The position numbers were made by a program, and so were the translations under genes. Under the pieces are notes generated by a model. The model ran no database searches. It had not been told where the DNA came from and worked only from the letters and a program-made list of their open reading frames with translations. This document shows positions 1 through 25,043 of a stretch of 64,000 bases of DNA, piece by piece (the stretch's first letter is position 1; every line of letters begins with the position of its first letter). The DNA is taken from positions 3,472,001-3,536,000 of the forward strand of contig CAVNZM010000006.1 of the NCBI GenBank assembly GCA_963693365.1, read 5' to 3'. Source of the DNA: Amoebidium appalachense (taxonomy: Eukaryota > Protista > Ichthyosporea).

Positions 1-11196
<11,196 letters not shown>

Positions 11197-11798
11197 GGTG
11201 CTCAAACAGTACTCCACAGCACCGAGGATGTGTAGTCTTGTAAGTGGATTGATTGGGGGGGGCTATCTTGCGCGCGAGATTCCGGGTAAGTGCATAAAAT
11301 TTGACGGGGCGAACCCACAGTTACGTTAAGGTGATCTGAAGTGGAACGAGCTTCTCGATGACTGATGTGCCTAACTAGTTAAGCCCCACTCTGCACCATA
11401 CAGGCATGATTACCCTTAACACAAATAAGCGTAGAATTCCCGTGTAGCTCAAACTGAAACGATTAGGTTCTGCCCTTGTCTTTGGCCTTTGTGTTGAGAT
11501 GTGCCTTGCCTAAGTCCCCTGCAAGAGTACGCACACTATATAGTTTAAGCTCATACAAACTTCACTACAAGTAGCCTAAGCCTGTGACCTGCAGGGGTGC
11601 AGTGCGGGACGTACGTATCAGCAAAGAAAGTGCGCCGCCAGGCTAAGGCTAAGCTTCGACGTAACATCAATGCCACAACGTCAGCGCTCCCTTGGCTATT
11701 AGCCCAATGGTAGTACAGCATGAGGAACCAAATATGGTTCTATCTTTGATGCTCTGCAAGCCAATCACTCATTCCTTCATGTTGCTATATTGGTTATT

Positions 11799-11832
<34 letters not shown>

Positions 11833-12217
11833 TAGGCCTGTGGCCAGTCACTGGTCACCACAACTATCACATGCTATCACTACCACTTCATTGCCGACTG
11901 GGTTGGAACTTCCCCTTCGTTGCCCCCCTTGGGGGTTGCTCCTTCTGGGTAGTTGGCTCGTAGAACACCTCACACCTATTACAGTACATAGTGTTTGCGC
12001 AAACCGGGCTATTAGCTTCTCGTTTAAATATATAGGTTCTGTGTGTCCTTGTGTGCATATGCATGTGTGCGTGAGTGCGTGTGTACTTGCGTGCCGGCGT
12101 GCATGCATGCGTACATGCGCGTGTGTGTCTGTGCGAGCACGTTGTGTGGGTGGGTGGTTCAACTTTCTTGCCTGCAACCGTTAGCGGGCAGTTGAGTCGT
12201 CGATCCAGCCGGTCAAC

Positions 12218-12248
<31 letters not shown>

Positions 12249-12279
12249 AAGGAGTCCGGGGCGGGATCAAACAGGGAAA

Positions 12280-12324
<45 letters not shown>

Positions 12325-12519
12325 CCTTCCAATGGTAGTTCGTCCATAGGGCTGTTACCGTTCCGTCCCAGACGTGACAATACTGCACTATGCACATACA
12401 CAAAAAGGAAGAAAAAAAAACTACACTGAACCCTTCTTCAGAAAGGTTTGCTTTTTTCCTTTCCTTTTTCTTTCTTCTTCCCTTTTTCTTTTTTTTTTGT
12501 GTGTGTGACTGTGTGTTGT

Positions 12520-12570
<51 letters not shown>

Positions 12571-14669
12571 TGGCCATGGGCCGGCACCAGCTGGCAATCT
12601 TGCCATGCTTTGCATATATGTCAGATATTCGTAACTACGTGTCGTTGCTGCCCGGTAGTACATAGCATAATTTTGATTACCAGTATGTACTTAGTAGGGG
12701 GGTGGCCGTCGGTATCAATTTACAATGTCATGTATGGTCGACATGCCAGTGCAACTACTGTACAACGGGTTATCGACACCAAGTTAATGAATAAAAACGC
12801 GGGGGTCGCAGGTTCATGACTCCCATTTGATATTGGCGGGAGGGAGCATCCAATAATTGACAATAATGTTCCGAGTCCCATACATAGCAAAAAAAAATTC
12901 AACCCTCTCCCCCCCCCCCCCCCCCCAAAAAAAAAAAAGAAAGAAAGAAAAAAGAAATAAGAAAAAAAAAATCAAAACCCACACACGCGCGCGCGTGTGC
13001 AACACCCACCCACCCACCCACCCACCCACCCACACACACACACACTCATGCACAACCACCACCACCTGCCCCTCCCCCCTCCCCCTACCCCCCACACATG
13101 TGCAACACACACACACACACACACATACACAAAACCACCACCACCACCACCACCACCACCACCACCACACACGCTCTCTCCGTCTTACTCTACTGCTTCC
13201 AGACGGATCCAGCTTCCAGGCCAGCATTGTGAAACATTAGGTACACGACCGATCATCACCAAGCATACGGGCCACACGTACGGTATTACGGCGGTGTGCG
13301 GAACCGTCTGAGTTTACCGTGTTGAAAATCGCTTTATTTAGAGAGATGATTGATATATCACAGATATCACAGATTATAATAAATACGCGGAAATAAGATA
13401 CATCAAACTAGAAATTAAAACTTTCGAATGTGTGACTGTCCTGGGAGATATCGATAGTCATAAGTGATTCGTGCACAACGGAAAACGCTTCCTACGATCA
13501 TCTTTCTGTGCCCGGTGTGAGCAATCGTCTATGAACGCAATACATCCATAAGTATATGAGCACGTAGGTGTTTGTGTCATGATCACAGACAGTGTTCTCA
13601 AGTTATAGCATCTACTACATATAACATGCCAATGGATACACACACAGACAGCATGATTTATGCGCAAATTTGGAGAATATTTTCAATCACATTGGTTAGA
13701 GATTGAAACTTCGTTGATAAAGCTAGCAAAAAAAGTGCAAAGAGTACACTCTAACAAACCAAAAAAACTACACCATACTAATGTAATTGCTGATCTCCAG
13801 AAAACAAGTCATTCGTTCCAGTATATATATTGATGAGACTCAGGAACGGCCACTATTCGATAAGCCATATAAGGTTATAGGTGTATCATTGCCATTGGTC
13901 GGGTTGGTAGATCCATCCACCCACATCACCCATCCTGTTGAAAGCTAAGGGGTTAGAATTGCAAAATTCCATGCCCTCGCTCCAATCCCTCCACCCAAAC
14001 ACACACGTACGCAAACCCTGAAATATACACAAACACACACACACAAACAGATACGCACAAACACAACACACACACATAAACACTTACACCCCCACACACA
14101 CAATTACACAACTATAAAAGTGTGCACGTGCGCACACAAATACACATGTACACGGTGCCACACACAAACATGCACCGTGGCACCCCTACTGTGGAATACA
14201 GACGTGCACGTGCACGCACTCACACCTCCCCCCCCCCCCCCCCTCCCCCCCCTTCCCCCACCACCACCACCACCACCACCACCGCCACACACCACATATA
14301 CAGACGATAAGCTTTCTTACACTCCAAACATTGTTGCACACTGGTCCCCCCCCCCCACACACACTGAACACTCCGGGTAGGCTAAGCCGCCCAGTTGTAT
14401 CCGTAACAGACCAAAACCGTGTATAGATCGGTGCATACGACAGAGAATGTGCAAGAGCCTCAAATAGTGACCTAAGGGGGGAGGAAACAACTCAGTACAC
14501 CCTTTCACAATACGGCCAAGTTACCCAGAAGAATTCATCGAATATGTTGTCTCCCACCTGCCCCTCCTGCATCCACATTTCACGACAAGAGAGCCCCCTT
14601 ATTGCCAACGACATTAAACCAAATTCGTCTACACATCCAACAAAGCATCTCTTCCTTTGCTAGTCATTA

Positions 14670-14741
<72 letters not shown>

Positions 14742-15206
14742 TACACACACACACACACACAAAAAAAAAAACTTGGAAAAAAAAACCCGGAAGGAAATAA
14801 CGAGGTAAAGAAAGAAGGGAACACCCTATCACTACCACTGCCACGGGCAGAAGCCCTCCCACACAGTCTCCACCACAGCCAACGACCACTCATCGAATTG
14901 GTAAGTAAAACAGAAATGAAGAAGGCAGGGAAGAACAGATGGTGGTAGCCGTACAGGGAAAAAAAAAAGGGGGGGGGGGGGGCTTACCCTTGAAAAGGAT
15001 ATGTCCTTCGCACGCCACTAAATCTCTTGGCCATGAGGATAGTAACGGAAATAAGACTCATGTGGAAGCCGATCAGAACCCTGCCGTCGTTGAAAGCAAC
15101 TGCATATGGAGAGAGCTGGTATGTGTGTGTGTGTGTGTTTGTGTGCGTGCGCATGTCATTGTGTGTGTGTTTGTGTGTGTTTGCGTGTGCGCACGCGTGT
15201 GTGGGT

Positions 15207-15242
<36 letters not shown>

Positions 15243-15289
15243 ATGTGCGTTTGTGTTGCAGACACACACAAACGTTCATAAGCATATGC

Positions 15290-15484
15290 GGGGTTTACGC
15301 TGTTTACTCGAGGCAAAGAGAACCAGTCTCAGGTATGGGGGGGGGGGGTTTGCTCGGAATATCCCCTCAGCGGTATATCATGATCACGTACATAGATGTC
15401 GGGTGGTGACTATATATCAGGGTTTACTTTCTCTACGAGACACCATAAAGACTACAAGGAGAAATCAATTAGTTGGGGTTCCCC

Positions 15485-15519
<35 letters not shown>

Positions 15520-15551
15520 GGGCTCCCCTCGGGACACTCGGTATCAGCTGG

Positions 15552-15612
<61 letters not shown>

Positions 15613-17417
15613 TGTGTGTGTGTGCGCGTGCGCTATAATTTTGTAGTGATGTGTTTCTCAAGCCAATCAATACATCTAATAAACAGGTCGTAGTTACGCG
15701 TGTTTAGTATAAAATCAAGGATGTTGTAATTTACAGGTAGGCTATCTTTCTGGGTGTCTGTTGTGAATGTGACGTGTGTGTGTTGCGGTATTATGTGGTC
15801 TATCAAACTACATTTGGCGATACATGACCGGTTAAACTGGTGTGTGTGTGTGTTGTTTGGGCATGCAAATGATGCCACCTTATACTTATTAGATCTCCAC
15901 TGTATAGCACGTGTACAGTAAAAGCGTGGTAATTGATCAATAATACCATCAGCTAGAGAAAGACCAGTTCTACAGGAAGGTAATATGTATTTAGGTGTTA
16001 TACACTTGCGAGTGCCATATTTGGCAATATGGTTGAGGCGGTCAGTATATATAAAACGAGACATAAGGCTTAGTTTTTCAAGGTGTATGCTTTCATCGGG
16101 TCTAGTGTCGTGTGGTATCTTTTTCCATTTGTTATATTGCGTGATTATCTTGTGATTGTGTACATGTTTAATAAGTAAGTGGCAGTCCAAAGTCACACAC
16201 ACACTATTGCGGGGTTTATTTGTATTTGTGCCCAGGGGAGAAGGGGAGAGAGAGGGGAGGAAAGAGGGGAGAGGTGAGGAGGGGACAGGTCGGATAGAGA
16301 AGAGAGGGTGGGAGGGCAAATACTTCTTTAAGCGGCTTATGTGCTTATTGAATTTCAGCGCGAGATAGGATACTCTAGCAGCTATTGGGACCAGACCATA
16401 TATCGAGAGCGTTACAGGCCCAGGTTTACAACAGTTGTTAGATAGAAAGGAGGCAACTTCTGCTTCAAGGAAATTTGCCAAGGGTTTAAGCGCTCTAGTT
16501 CTCTCTTTCTTGATCCAAGCGGCGAGAAGGGGTAAACCATATTCACATGCCGGGAAGACAAAAGTGCGAATAAATGTAAGTCTAATAGAAGGATGGAGGG
16601 GTGTGTCTTTAAAAATATTAGCCGAGAAGAAAGCTAACCGCTTACGAGCCAACTCTACCCTCTTTTCGACCATATGGGGAAACATAACACCAACAGAATC
16701 AACCGGAACACCAAGATATTTGTATTCTGGAACTATAGGTACAGGTTTAGATGATAATGTAAATGTGTGTAAATTGTTAGCTATATCAGGTACAAGAACA
16801 TCACATTTGTCTATGTTAAGGATCATAAGGTTTGCCTTGCACCACTCTGACACTACATCGAACAATCTTTGCAGGCGTCTAGGGGTACGGGCAAGGAGGG
16901 ACAGATCATCAGCATAGAGAAGTGCAGGCGGAAAGTTATTAATAGGGTCATCGTTTTCGGCGTAAATCTTGACAGCCAAATCATCTATAAATAGGTTAAA
17001 CAAAAAGGGGCTAAGCAATGAACCCTGCAAGAGACCTCTAGTACGAGCAAAACCATATGAAAGATGCCCATTAACCACAGCTCTACCATAGGTTTGAGAC
17101 AAGAGTGCTTCTAACAGAACACCAATGCAGTGTGGTACACCCCGTGCAGCAAGCTTTTCCCATAGGAGACCAGGGGAGACAGAATCGTAAGCAGTTTTCC
17201 AATCAATAAAGCCAACATATTGTGCACCAACTTGCATAGAATCGTGCAGTGCCATTATTTGAACATAACATGAATTGTTTTTACGAAACGCGGATTGGCA
17301 TGGGTGTATGTGAAGAATAGATTGAAACCTAGGGTGATGTGCAAATAACCTAAGTAAGCAAGCTTCAAAGAATCTACGAACAACCTGGGTTAGTGTAATG
17401 GGGCGAAAGGATGATAT
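15290..17417 (-). mobile_element. 5'-truncated copy of the TIR-bounded APE-RT retroelement (RT and C-terminus, (CA)n, poly(A), terminal repeat)
   Basis: Near-identical to 53921-56068; homology stops after ..gaaaggatgatat at 17417; terminal repeat core 15290-15485 starts at the same GGGGTTTACG as the other copies. Confidence 0.95.
15633..17417 (-). pseudogene. Truncated non-LTR reverse transcriptase reading frame
   Basis: Motifs FRPITL, QSAFRK, FIDWKTAYDSV, GLLQGSLLSPFLFNLF, LYADD, YKYLGV. The first ~46 aa of the tracked ORF (17418-17555) come from flanking DNA. Confidence 0.9.
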
Positions 17418-18564
17418 CATGCAAATGAGGTTAGGACCGTATGAAAATGAGTGGTGGCGAGGTATTGCGGGAGGGGGTGGGGGGGAAGCAACGCAAACTG
17501 AACAGAGACATGAGGATGCCGGTGTAAGTAACGGTACCAGTCGTAAGTAAATCAAAGGGGGAAAAATAGGGGGGGGGGGGGGTTTGAATTTCCTACGGAC
17601 AGACCTAATTGATAGATAACAATACTAACTGTCGTAATATGTCTGGCTGTGTAAAAATGTTGCATAATTACATCAGAATCCCAATTTCCTTCAACGCGAG
17701 TCATATTTATGTTAATAACGTGAAGCAGCATATATACTTTGCATAGTTAGTGTACGACACATTATTAACTCCTAGCCGTTTGCCGATGCATGTTTGCATC
17801 AGTTTCAAAAATAAATGCAACGGCGACCTTCGAAAATAAACAGCGCCTGATGCGTAATAGTCATGACGCTGGGAGTTTTTGCCTTATTTAGTATTTGTTT
17901 TCTACTTTCAAAAAACACCAAAAACACCGAGGTTTACTATGTTTTCCTGTTTCTTGTGGGTGTTCTGCCTAACTGTGTCTATATTTTCATCGAGCGGCCC
18001 CAAATTTTCGAACGCTAGCGGCAAGAGAATGCCCGGATTTTACGGATTCCAACCCTGAATTCGATCTGCTGATAAGTGCTCCAATCCGATTTGCTGAAAT
18101 CTTTACGGGGATTCATCTTACGCAACTGTCATGAAAGAAACCCCGCCGCGGTTGGCAAAATCGACACAAATCACGTTCTCATAACACGTGCGGATGCATA
18201 GGAACGTGCCGTTTTTTTTTTTTTTTTTATGGCACACAAAGAAAGACATATGCACATGTGCTTGTAGCGTTTTTGTCCAATTGGGCCGCCTTTAAATGAT
18301 TTTTTTCTATTTTTCAAATCTGGTTGATTTTGGCTTCAGGGCAAACGGCTCGGGGTTAAGCAGTCGAAGCCGGATGCATGTGCATGCATCAGCAAAGAAC
18401 TCGTGGGGAAAAGGACCTGGGTGCCCCAAAACCCTATGCAGGAGGGCGGAAATGTTGTGTAGAAAGTTTTCTTCTTCTTCTTCTTTTTTATAAAGGCAGA
18501 GCCGAATTTGAAGGCCGGGAGGGAGGGGGAGAGGGGGGAGGGAGGGGGGGGGGGGGGGGGAGGG

Positions 18565-18691
18565 GGGGTTTGAATGAGTCAAAAAGTACGAAGTACACAA
18601 GAACAAGCGGATGACACGATACAGAATGCAAGCCATACATAAAGAGTATGCATAATAAGCAGAGCCCATCCTCAGGGGGGGCCCACGTCAT
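18565..18691 (-). mobile_element. SINE-like repeat family A, 5'-truncated copy
   Basis: Matches the 3' part of 18909-19221 and 44701-45012; ends CATTCAAACCCC on the minus strand. Confidence 0.65.
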
Positions 18692-18908
18692 GGGGGACAA
18701 CTGCACCAGACCACTCACATCGACTAGCACGGACACCACATCCCCCCTCTGCACGGGTCGATCCTCCGTCAATGGAATAATAGTGTTATGGCTGTCGTAG
18801 ATGGGGGCACGCCACGGCACTAAGCCATACTTGCTGTAGATCTGTGGGTATATAAAAATACATAAGCAATTTTGGCTGTGTGAGTGAGGGGGGCGGGGGG
18901 CGCGGGGG

Positions 18909-19221
18909 GGGGTTTGAATGCATCATAAAGTACGAAGTACACAAGAACAACGGATAACACGATGCAGAAAGCAAACCATACATAAAGAGGATGCATAATA
19001 AGCAGAGCCCATCCTCAGGGGGGGCCCACGTCATCCACAGTACCCGAGTTTCGACCCATTCACCTTGTTAACGAAACCCAACTCACATGACTGATTCACT
19101 TGAACATGGGTGGGTCACCCGTCTTGATCAGAGACGAGCAGGGTTACTTATGCAGGCAAGGGCAGTGGGAAAGGCCGGGGGTTAAAGTTGCAGCAGTAAG
19201 CAGAAGCAAGAAAAATATAGA
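18909..19221 (-). mobile_element. SINE-like repeat family A, ~310-bp copy
   Basis: Colinear with 44701-45012; A-box-like TGAGTTGG and B-box-like GGTCGAAAC on the minus strand. Confidence 0.65.
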
Positions 19222-19838
19222 TAGGAACTCAGGAGACGGGGCTTCTGGGAAGCTCCCCCGTCGCTACCTAAGTCGATACTTCCCTGGCTAACATACTACA
19301 CCAGCTGAAGAGAATTAAGTCCCGAAGGCCGCAGAATTCGCAATCAGAGGGGAAATATGAGATTTGACCCACGCTGCAGGGTAGTAACACGCTTACTAGG
19401 GCGAAACTTTAACGTCTTCGAACGGAAAGCTATGCCCCCGGATGTCAGCCGGAAATATGGTATCACCCATTGCTTTGGGCTTGAAAAAAGTCAAACCGAT
19501 AGTCCGAGTTATGTTACGCCGGCGGGTAACATGCCGCATGGGTTCCAAGGGAGCTGTCGCCAACAGAGCGGTTTGTGCATGTGTGTGCGTAATGCAATGT
19601 GTGAAGTGGTGTCTATATATGTGAGAGAGGTATGCAGAAGTGGACAGATGAAGTGCGTGGAAAGAAAAACAGTAGGAAGAACAGTAGACACAGGTGTGTG
19701 CAACCCCGCATAACATACACACACACACGGGAGGGGAGGGGGGGGGGGAAAGAAGGGTGGGGGGAGAGATGAGGGGGGGGGGGGGGGGGGGGGGGGGGGC
19801 AGAAAAAGGAGAGAGAAAGAAAAAAAAGGAGGTTTTTT

Positions 19839-19879
<41 letters not shown>

Positions 19880-20063
19880 ACTGGTTATGTGATTGGGTCT
19901 CACCGGCTGTAGCCACAGTCTCTAGACTTGTAGAGAGTGATCTCTTAACTAAATTGACTTAACTTGAGTTAGGCGTATGCATGTTTGTGTTATGCACCGA
20001 CCGACTCCCTCTCCCTCCCCCCCCCGATGTTTTCCGTGTGCGTCTGTGTGGTAGTCGTTGTCC

Positions 20064-20103
<40 letters not shown>

Positions 20104-20239
20104 GGGGGGGGGATTGTGACCTCTGTATCACAGTCCAGTGTCAGGTCAGGCACCTTGGTTGCTTTGACGAATATGAACCTCCTTGCAACCACTGACTGGT
20201 AGTTGTCCTGGGTGGATTCTGTGCAAGTGTAAGCATATA

Positions 20240-20276
<37 letters not shown>

Positions 20277-20277
20277 T

Positions 20278-20349
<72 letters not shown>

Positions 20350-20407
20350 GTGTGCGTGTGTGTGCGTGTGTGTGTGTGTGTGTGTAGTTCCCTGTGCAAG
20401 TGTAAGC

Positions 20408-20461
<54 letters not shown>

Positions 20462-21430
20462 GTTAAGTGCCCTTTTGCAACCAATAGAAATGGCCCATTG
20501 AAAGTGCTGGGAGGGGTATAGTTTTCAGGTAGATTTGTCTTGTCTGACAGCAATCGAAGAGGGCTACACTGCATGTGAAGAAGAGTGATGCATTGTAGAC
20601 TTTTTAAATATCATATTACGAAATCGGTCTGTTTCTATTCGTGTACAAAGGTGCTCGGGTCAAAGGTGTTATGCAGTAGTGTAGGAGAAACATGCGTCAA
20701 AACCACCCACAACCGCTTCATGCAGTGGTTTGCAAATCAAAACCATCCGTCCATACAGCAGCCACTTCAATAGTACACTAACAAATCAAGTTTAAGAAAG
20801 TCTCTGCCTACTGGTTTCATCGTAAATGCCATTCGCCTCGATCACTGCACCACTAGCACGCATATGTTGATAGGAGGGTTGGACATTCTTCAATCTCATC
20901 CAACGTAGCATTAAACGTCTGCTTCTGTACTTTCTCGGCAAGAAGGAAAACAGGAAACAAGAAAGAAAGGAAAGAACTCTTTTTTGTGTATCAGAGTGGG
21001 GGGGAAGGAAGAGCAGGTGCAGACAGTGTGCACTTTGGGTCGAAGTGTGTGTACACCAATAACCATGATCGGTCATCTGTCTGGCTACTCTGGAACAGGC
21101 ATTTTATATTCATACTGTCTATATCAAGCACTCATGTGCAAAACAATATTCTCTGGGACCGAACCTTGGGTATACATATTTGATGATGAGCTAGGGACAA
21201 AAACAAACTATCCCCTCTTTTCTCTACCTCGCTACCCTAATAGGGAGAGGGGGGGGGGGGGGGGGGGAGGGAAGGAAAAAAAAAAAAAAAAGACATGCAC
21301 GCCCCATACCCGGCCCTTCCCCCGGCCCTTGCCTTCCCCAGCCACCACCCTTCTTTCTCGTGGCCCCTTTTCTTCAACATACCCAACATTATAGCATGTT
21401 TGGTCCCGGAAACGGCGAATCGTCTTTATA

Positions 21431-21465
<35 letters not shown>

Positions 21466-22926
21466 GTGTGTGTGTGTGGGGGGGGGGGGAGGATACATAC
21501 CATCATACTTGGATTTCACGGGGTCTATCAAGTCACCTGCAAGCATCGTCTTGATCCGGTGGGGATTCCTTCCCTGTGATTGATTTAATCAAGTGTTAAG
21601 GGGGGTGGCTGGTGTGCTGTAAGTATGCCTTATGTCATGTGACATGCTGACTGATTAGGTGTGCAAATGTTTACAGTGGCGAACCGAAGAAGGGGGAAGG
21701 GGGAGGGGGGGGGTCGTATGTTGCAATCGTTAATATTGGTGCCAGGGCATAAAATCGAAAACTGTGTCGTGACATAAAAGAGGCCATGGTAAGCTTCTCG
21801 TCGTCATTATTGCAGGGAAGGGGGGGGGGGGGGGGGGGGGGGGGGGTACCCGATATTTTCTCTGAAGAACAGGAATATCCTGGTAGTTGGTTTCCAGGAA
21901 TGCACGATACTTGAGGGCCACCTGGTTGAGCCAATGGATGTAGCTGTAGGAACCCACGGGAGAATGTGATCAACGGGTGCAGACACATGTTGGAAATCCT
22001 GGACACCGAATGGTGCCACAAATAATTATTGAGCACACATGAATGCATGTGAGGAGGAACTTGTGCATACGGGGGTAAAGCTGTTATGTTTTGCTTGCCC
22101 ATGAATGTATTAATTAACATCACATGTAGAAGTTAAACAGCACACCGCCAAGGATGTAGAACTCATACCTTTGAACAACGCATTTTCTTTGTTTGTTCGA
22201 AATGGGGGGGTGCGGGGGGGGGGGGGGGGGGGGGGAGGGGGAGAAGGGTGTGTGTGTGGGAGAAGGGTGTGGGGGGGGGGGGGGGAGGGGGAGGGGGGAG
22301 GGGGGGGGGGGGGGGGGCTCAAAGACGATGTTTCTTTACATCGACTGTTATTTTTCGGCGGAACACTAGCCATGATGTCATAAAACCCTTCCGCTGTTTT
22401 CCTTGTAGCGTTTTTTGGCATAGGTTCCCTGATTGTTCTCTTTCTTCTTCTATTGCCTTCTCCTTGCTCTACTTTCCTTTTGGAGTGGGGGAAGAGGGGG
22501 GGGGGGAGGGGAGGGGGGGGAAGGGGGAGGGGACAACACATACCTCACCATGTCTTCGTTTTTGTCTTCCCACACATGACGCGGCAATGTACATATGCCG
22601 ATGCTCTGCCAAGCCACCATTTGATTAGCATGACTTTCAACCAACCACTGAACGGCAAAAAGCATGCCAAAACACCAGTATGGGGGGGATTTCTAACGTT
22701 TGTCCCGTCTAATCAAGTTTTGTGTTATGTGTGGTGGCCCAGGGTTGTGGGTGTGTTCGCAAGTGAACGCAAGTGTTTGAGTATAAGTAGGGGGACAAGC
22801 TCCATAGTTTCCTCATATGGGCAATCCGATCGAGTATGTGTTGTTTCTTTAGGTGCCTTGTTCCCTTGCTCGGCTGTTAGATTGAAAGATGGCTCCTTTT
22901 TCTCTTCCCTTTCTTTCCCTTTTTTC

Positions 22927-22984
<58 letters not shown>

Positions 22985-23284
22985 AATGGGGGGGGGGGGG
23001 GGGGGGGGGGGGGGTACATACCTGTTTGGCATTTTGCAATTCGGGGTTCACAAATTGGAAAGTTGCTCCACTATCTCCACGTGGCCCTGTGAATTGGCTG
23101 TGAGTTTTTGTGTTGGAATTTCCGAATTTTGCTGGTGTTCTCTTTTAGCCGATTTTATAATTTTAAGTGGATTTTATTTTTTATATAGAATTTAATTTCG
23201 ATCGAAACATCGGAAAGGGCTAAGAATGGATATATGGTACAGTTGCCATAGACACAACGAGATATTGTCTGTGCCAAATCTTAA

Positions 23285-23834
23285 GGAGACTTGGGGGATG
23301 GATTTTCTCTTAAATCGGGGGGGGGGGGGGGGGGGGGGGGATCCAATCGATCAGATTAATCAAATTCAAGCCTGCCGGTAGACTGAAATTGTCGGATTTG
23401 GGGCTTTAATCTCAAACTGGTCAAATTTTCAACGGTAATTTCTCAGAGAATTAGCGCAGAAACCGGGGGAGAAAATGAAACTTCAATGATAGAGTGGGGG
23501 TTAATTAGTTATGTTGGAAAGGTGTCAACCTTTAAAAAGATCAATTTCTACCCCTTCTATAATTGGCTAAGAAGTGCAGAACGGGAAAACTTGATTTTTC
23601 CAAGGGATGCCACCCTTCCAAAATAACTAATTACCTCCCATTTTATAATTGAAATTCTATTTTCTCCCCCGGTTTCTGCGCTAATTCTCTCACAATCGAC
23701 ATGGGGTTTATATTGGAAGTTGAACTTTCGGATTTTTGGCCTCGATTGACCAGCTGGATCAATTATGGAATTTGGTCGATCTCGATCTGATGCGCACGCC
23801 CAATTTTTATTTAAAACCCATCCCCCAAGTCTCC
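23285..23834. mobile_element. TTAA-flanked MITE with GG..CC termini (Kolobok-like, non-autonomous), degenerate palindrome
   Basis: TTAA|GGAGACTTGGGGGATGG ... CCATCCCCCAAGTCTCC|TTAA; internal inverted pairs ~23446-23476 / 23659-23689 and ~23501-23527 / 23608-23633. Confidence 0.85.
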
Positions 23835-24255
23835 TTAAACAATCGCCTGGATATGCCTAGATATATGGTTCTACCGAGACTGGTATATTCAGGATCCAGC
23901 TAGGTGATCTGTGGAATATCGAGTGTGTATTGCTTTTGGATCAGCACCCTCCACAGAACACTTCTAATAGACATTTATTGAGCCTGTAATGTACATCTTA
24001 CGTTTGTGATATCTCTATATCTACTAAGTTTCACCATGAGCCCTCCATTGGAATTTATCGTCGAGAGCATACGTGTAGCTTCCTTCTCAAAGCAAACATG
24101 TAATATCCTCCCTTATCTCCTCTATTTTTAGTCCCACTTCTGTGTTTTTCATGTTTGGTGACATCTAGCCGGTTTGAGTTCCAGTCATGTCTCCCTCTGG
24201 GTAACGGGCTTTCCTCTTTCAAAGGGTCATAACTATTTCGTCTACCACCCCTTAA

Positions 24256-24733
24256 GGTAGCTGGAGCCATGGAGTTGCGGCGGTCGGTCTCCGGGCCAAA
24301 TTCATATGAAAAACAGGGTTACATCGAGAGTGAAAAGGTAGCCGAATTATGCGCTAGAGCCAAAATTTTTGCATGGTAATTATGTAAATAGTGTTTTCTT
24401 GAAACGTTCAGTACAGAAAAATTATAACTCAATTGGTTCAGCGTTGGCGACGAAAAAACCAACTGCACCAAATCTGGAACGGTTTGATACTAAAAATAGC
24501 ACCAAAACGTACCAGATTTGGTGCAGTTGGTTTGTCAGTCGCTGACACCGAACCGATTGAGTTATAATTTTTCTGTACCAAACGTTTAAAGAAAACACTA
24601 TTTACATAATTACCATGCAAAAATTATGGCTCTAGCGCATAATTCGGCTACCTTTTCACTCTCGATGCAACCCTGTTTTTCATATGAATTTGGCCCGGAG
24701 ACCGATCACCGAAATTCCATGGTTTCATCCCCG
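24256..24733. mobile_element. TTAA-flanked foldback MITE, nearly fully palindromic
   Basis: Arms 24267-~24491 and ~24497-24722 are reverse complements; TTAA at 24252-24255 and 24734-24737, each 11 nt outside the terminal CCATGG. Confidence 0.85.
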
Positions 24734-24893
24734 TTAAAACTAACCAAAAAATCGGAAAAACTACTAGCAGATCGGCTGGATAAATGTTGTGGATACGCCA
24801 AAAAAAAAAAAAAAAAAAAGAAAAGAATGAAAGAAAGAACTAAATAAAAAGAACGTAAAAGACGAGGGCTTGTGTGTGTGTGTTTGTGCGTGC

Positions 24894-24938
<45 letters not shown>

Positions 24939-24970
24939 TGGTGTGTGTGCGTGTGCGTGTGCGTGTGCGT

Positions 24971-25043
<73 letters not shown>

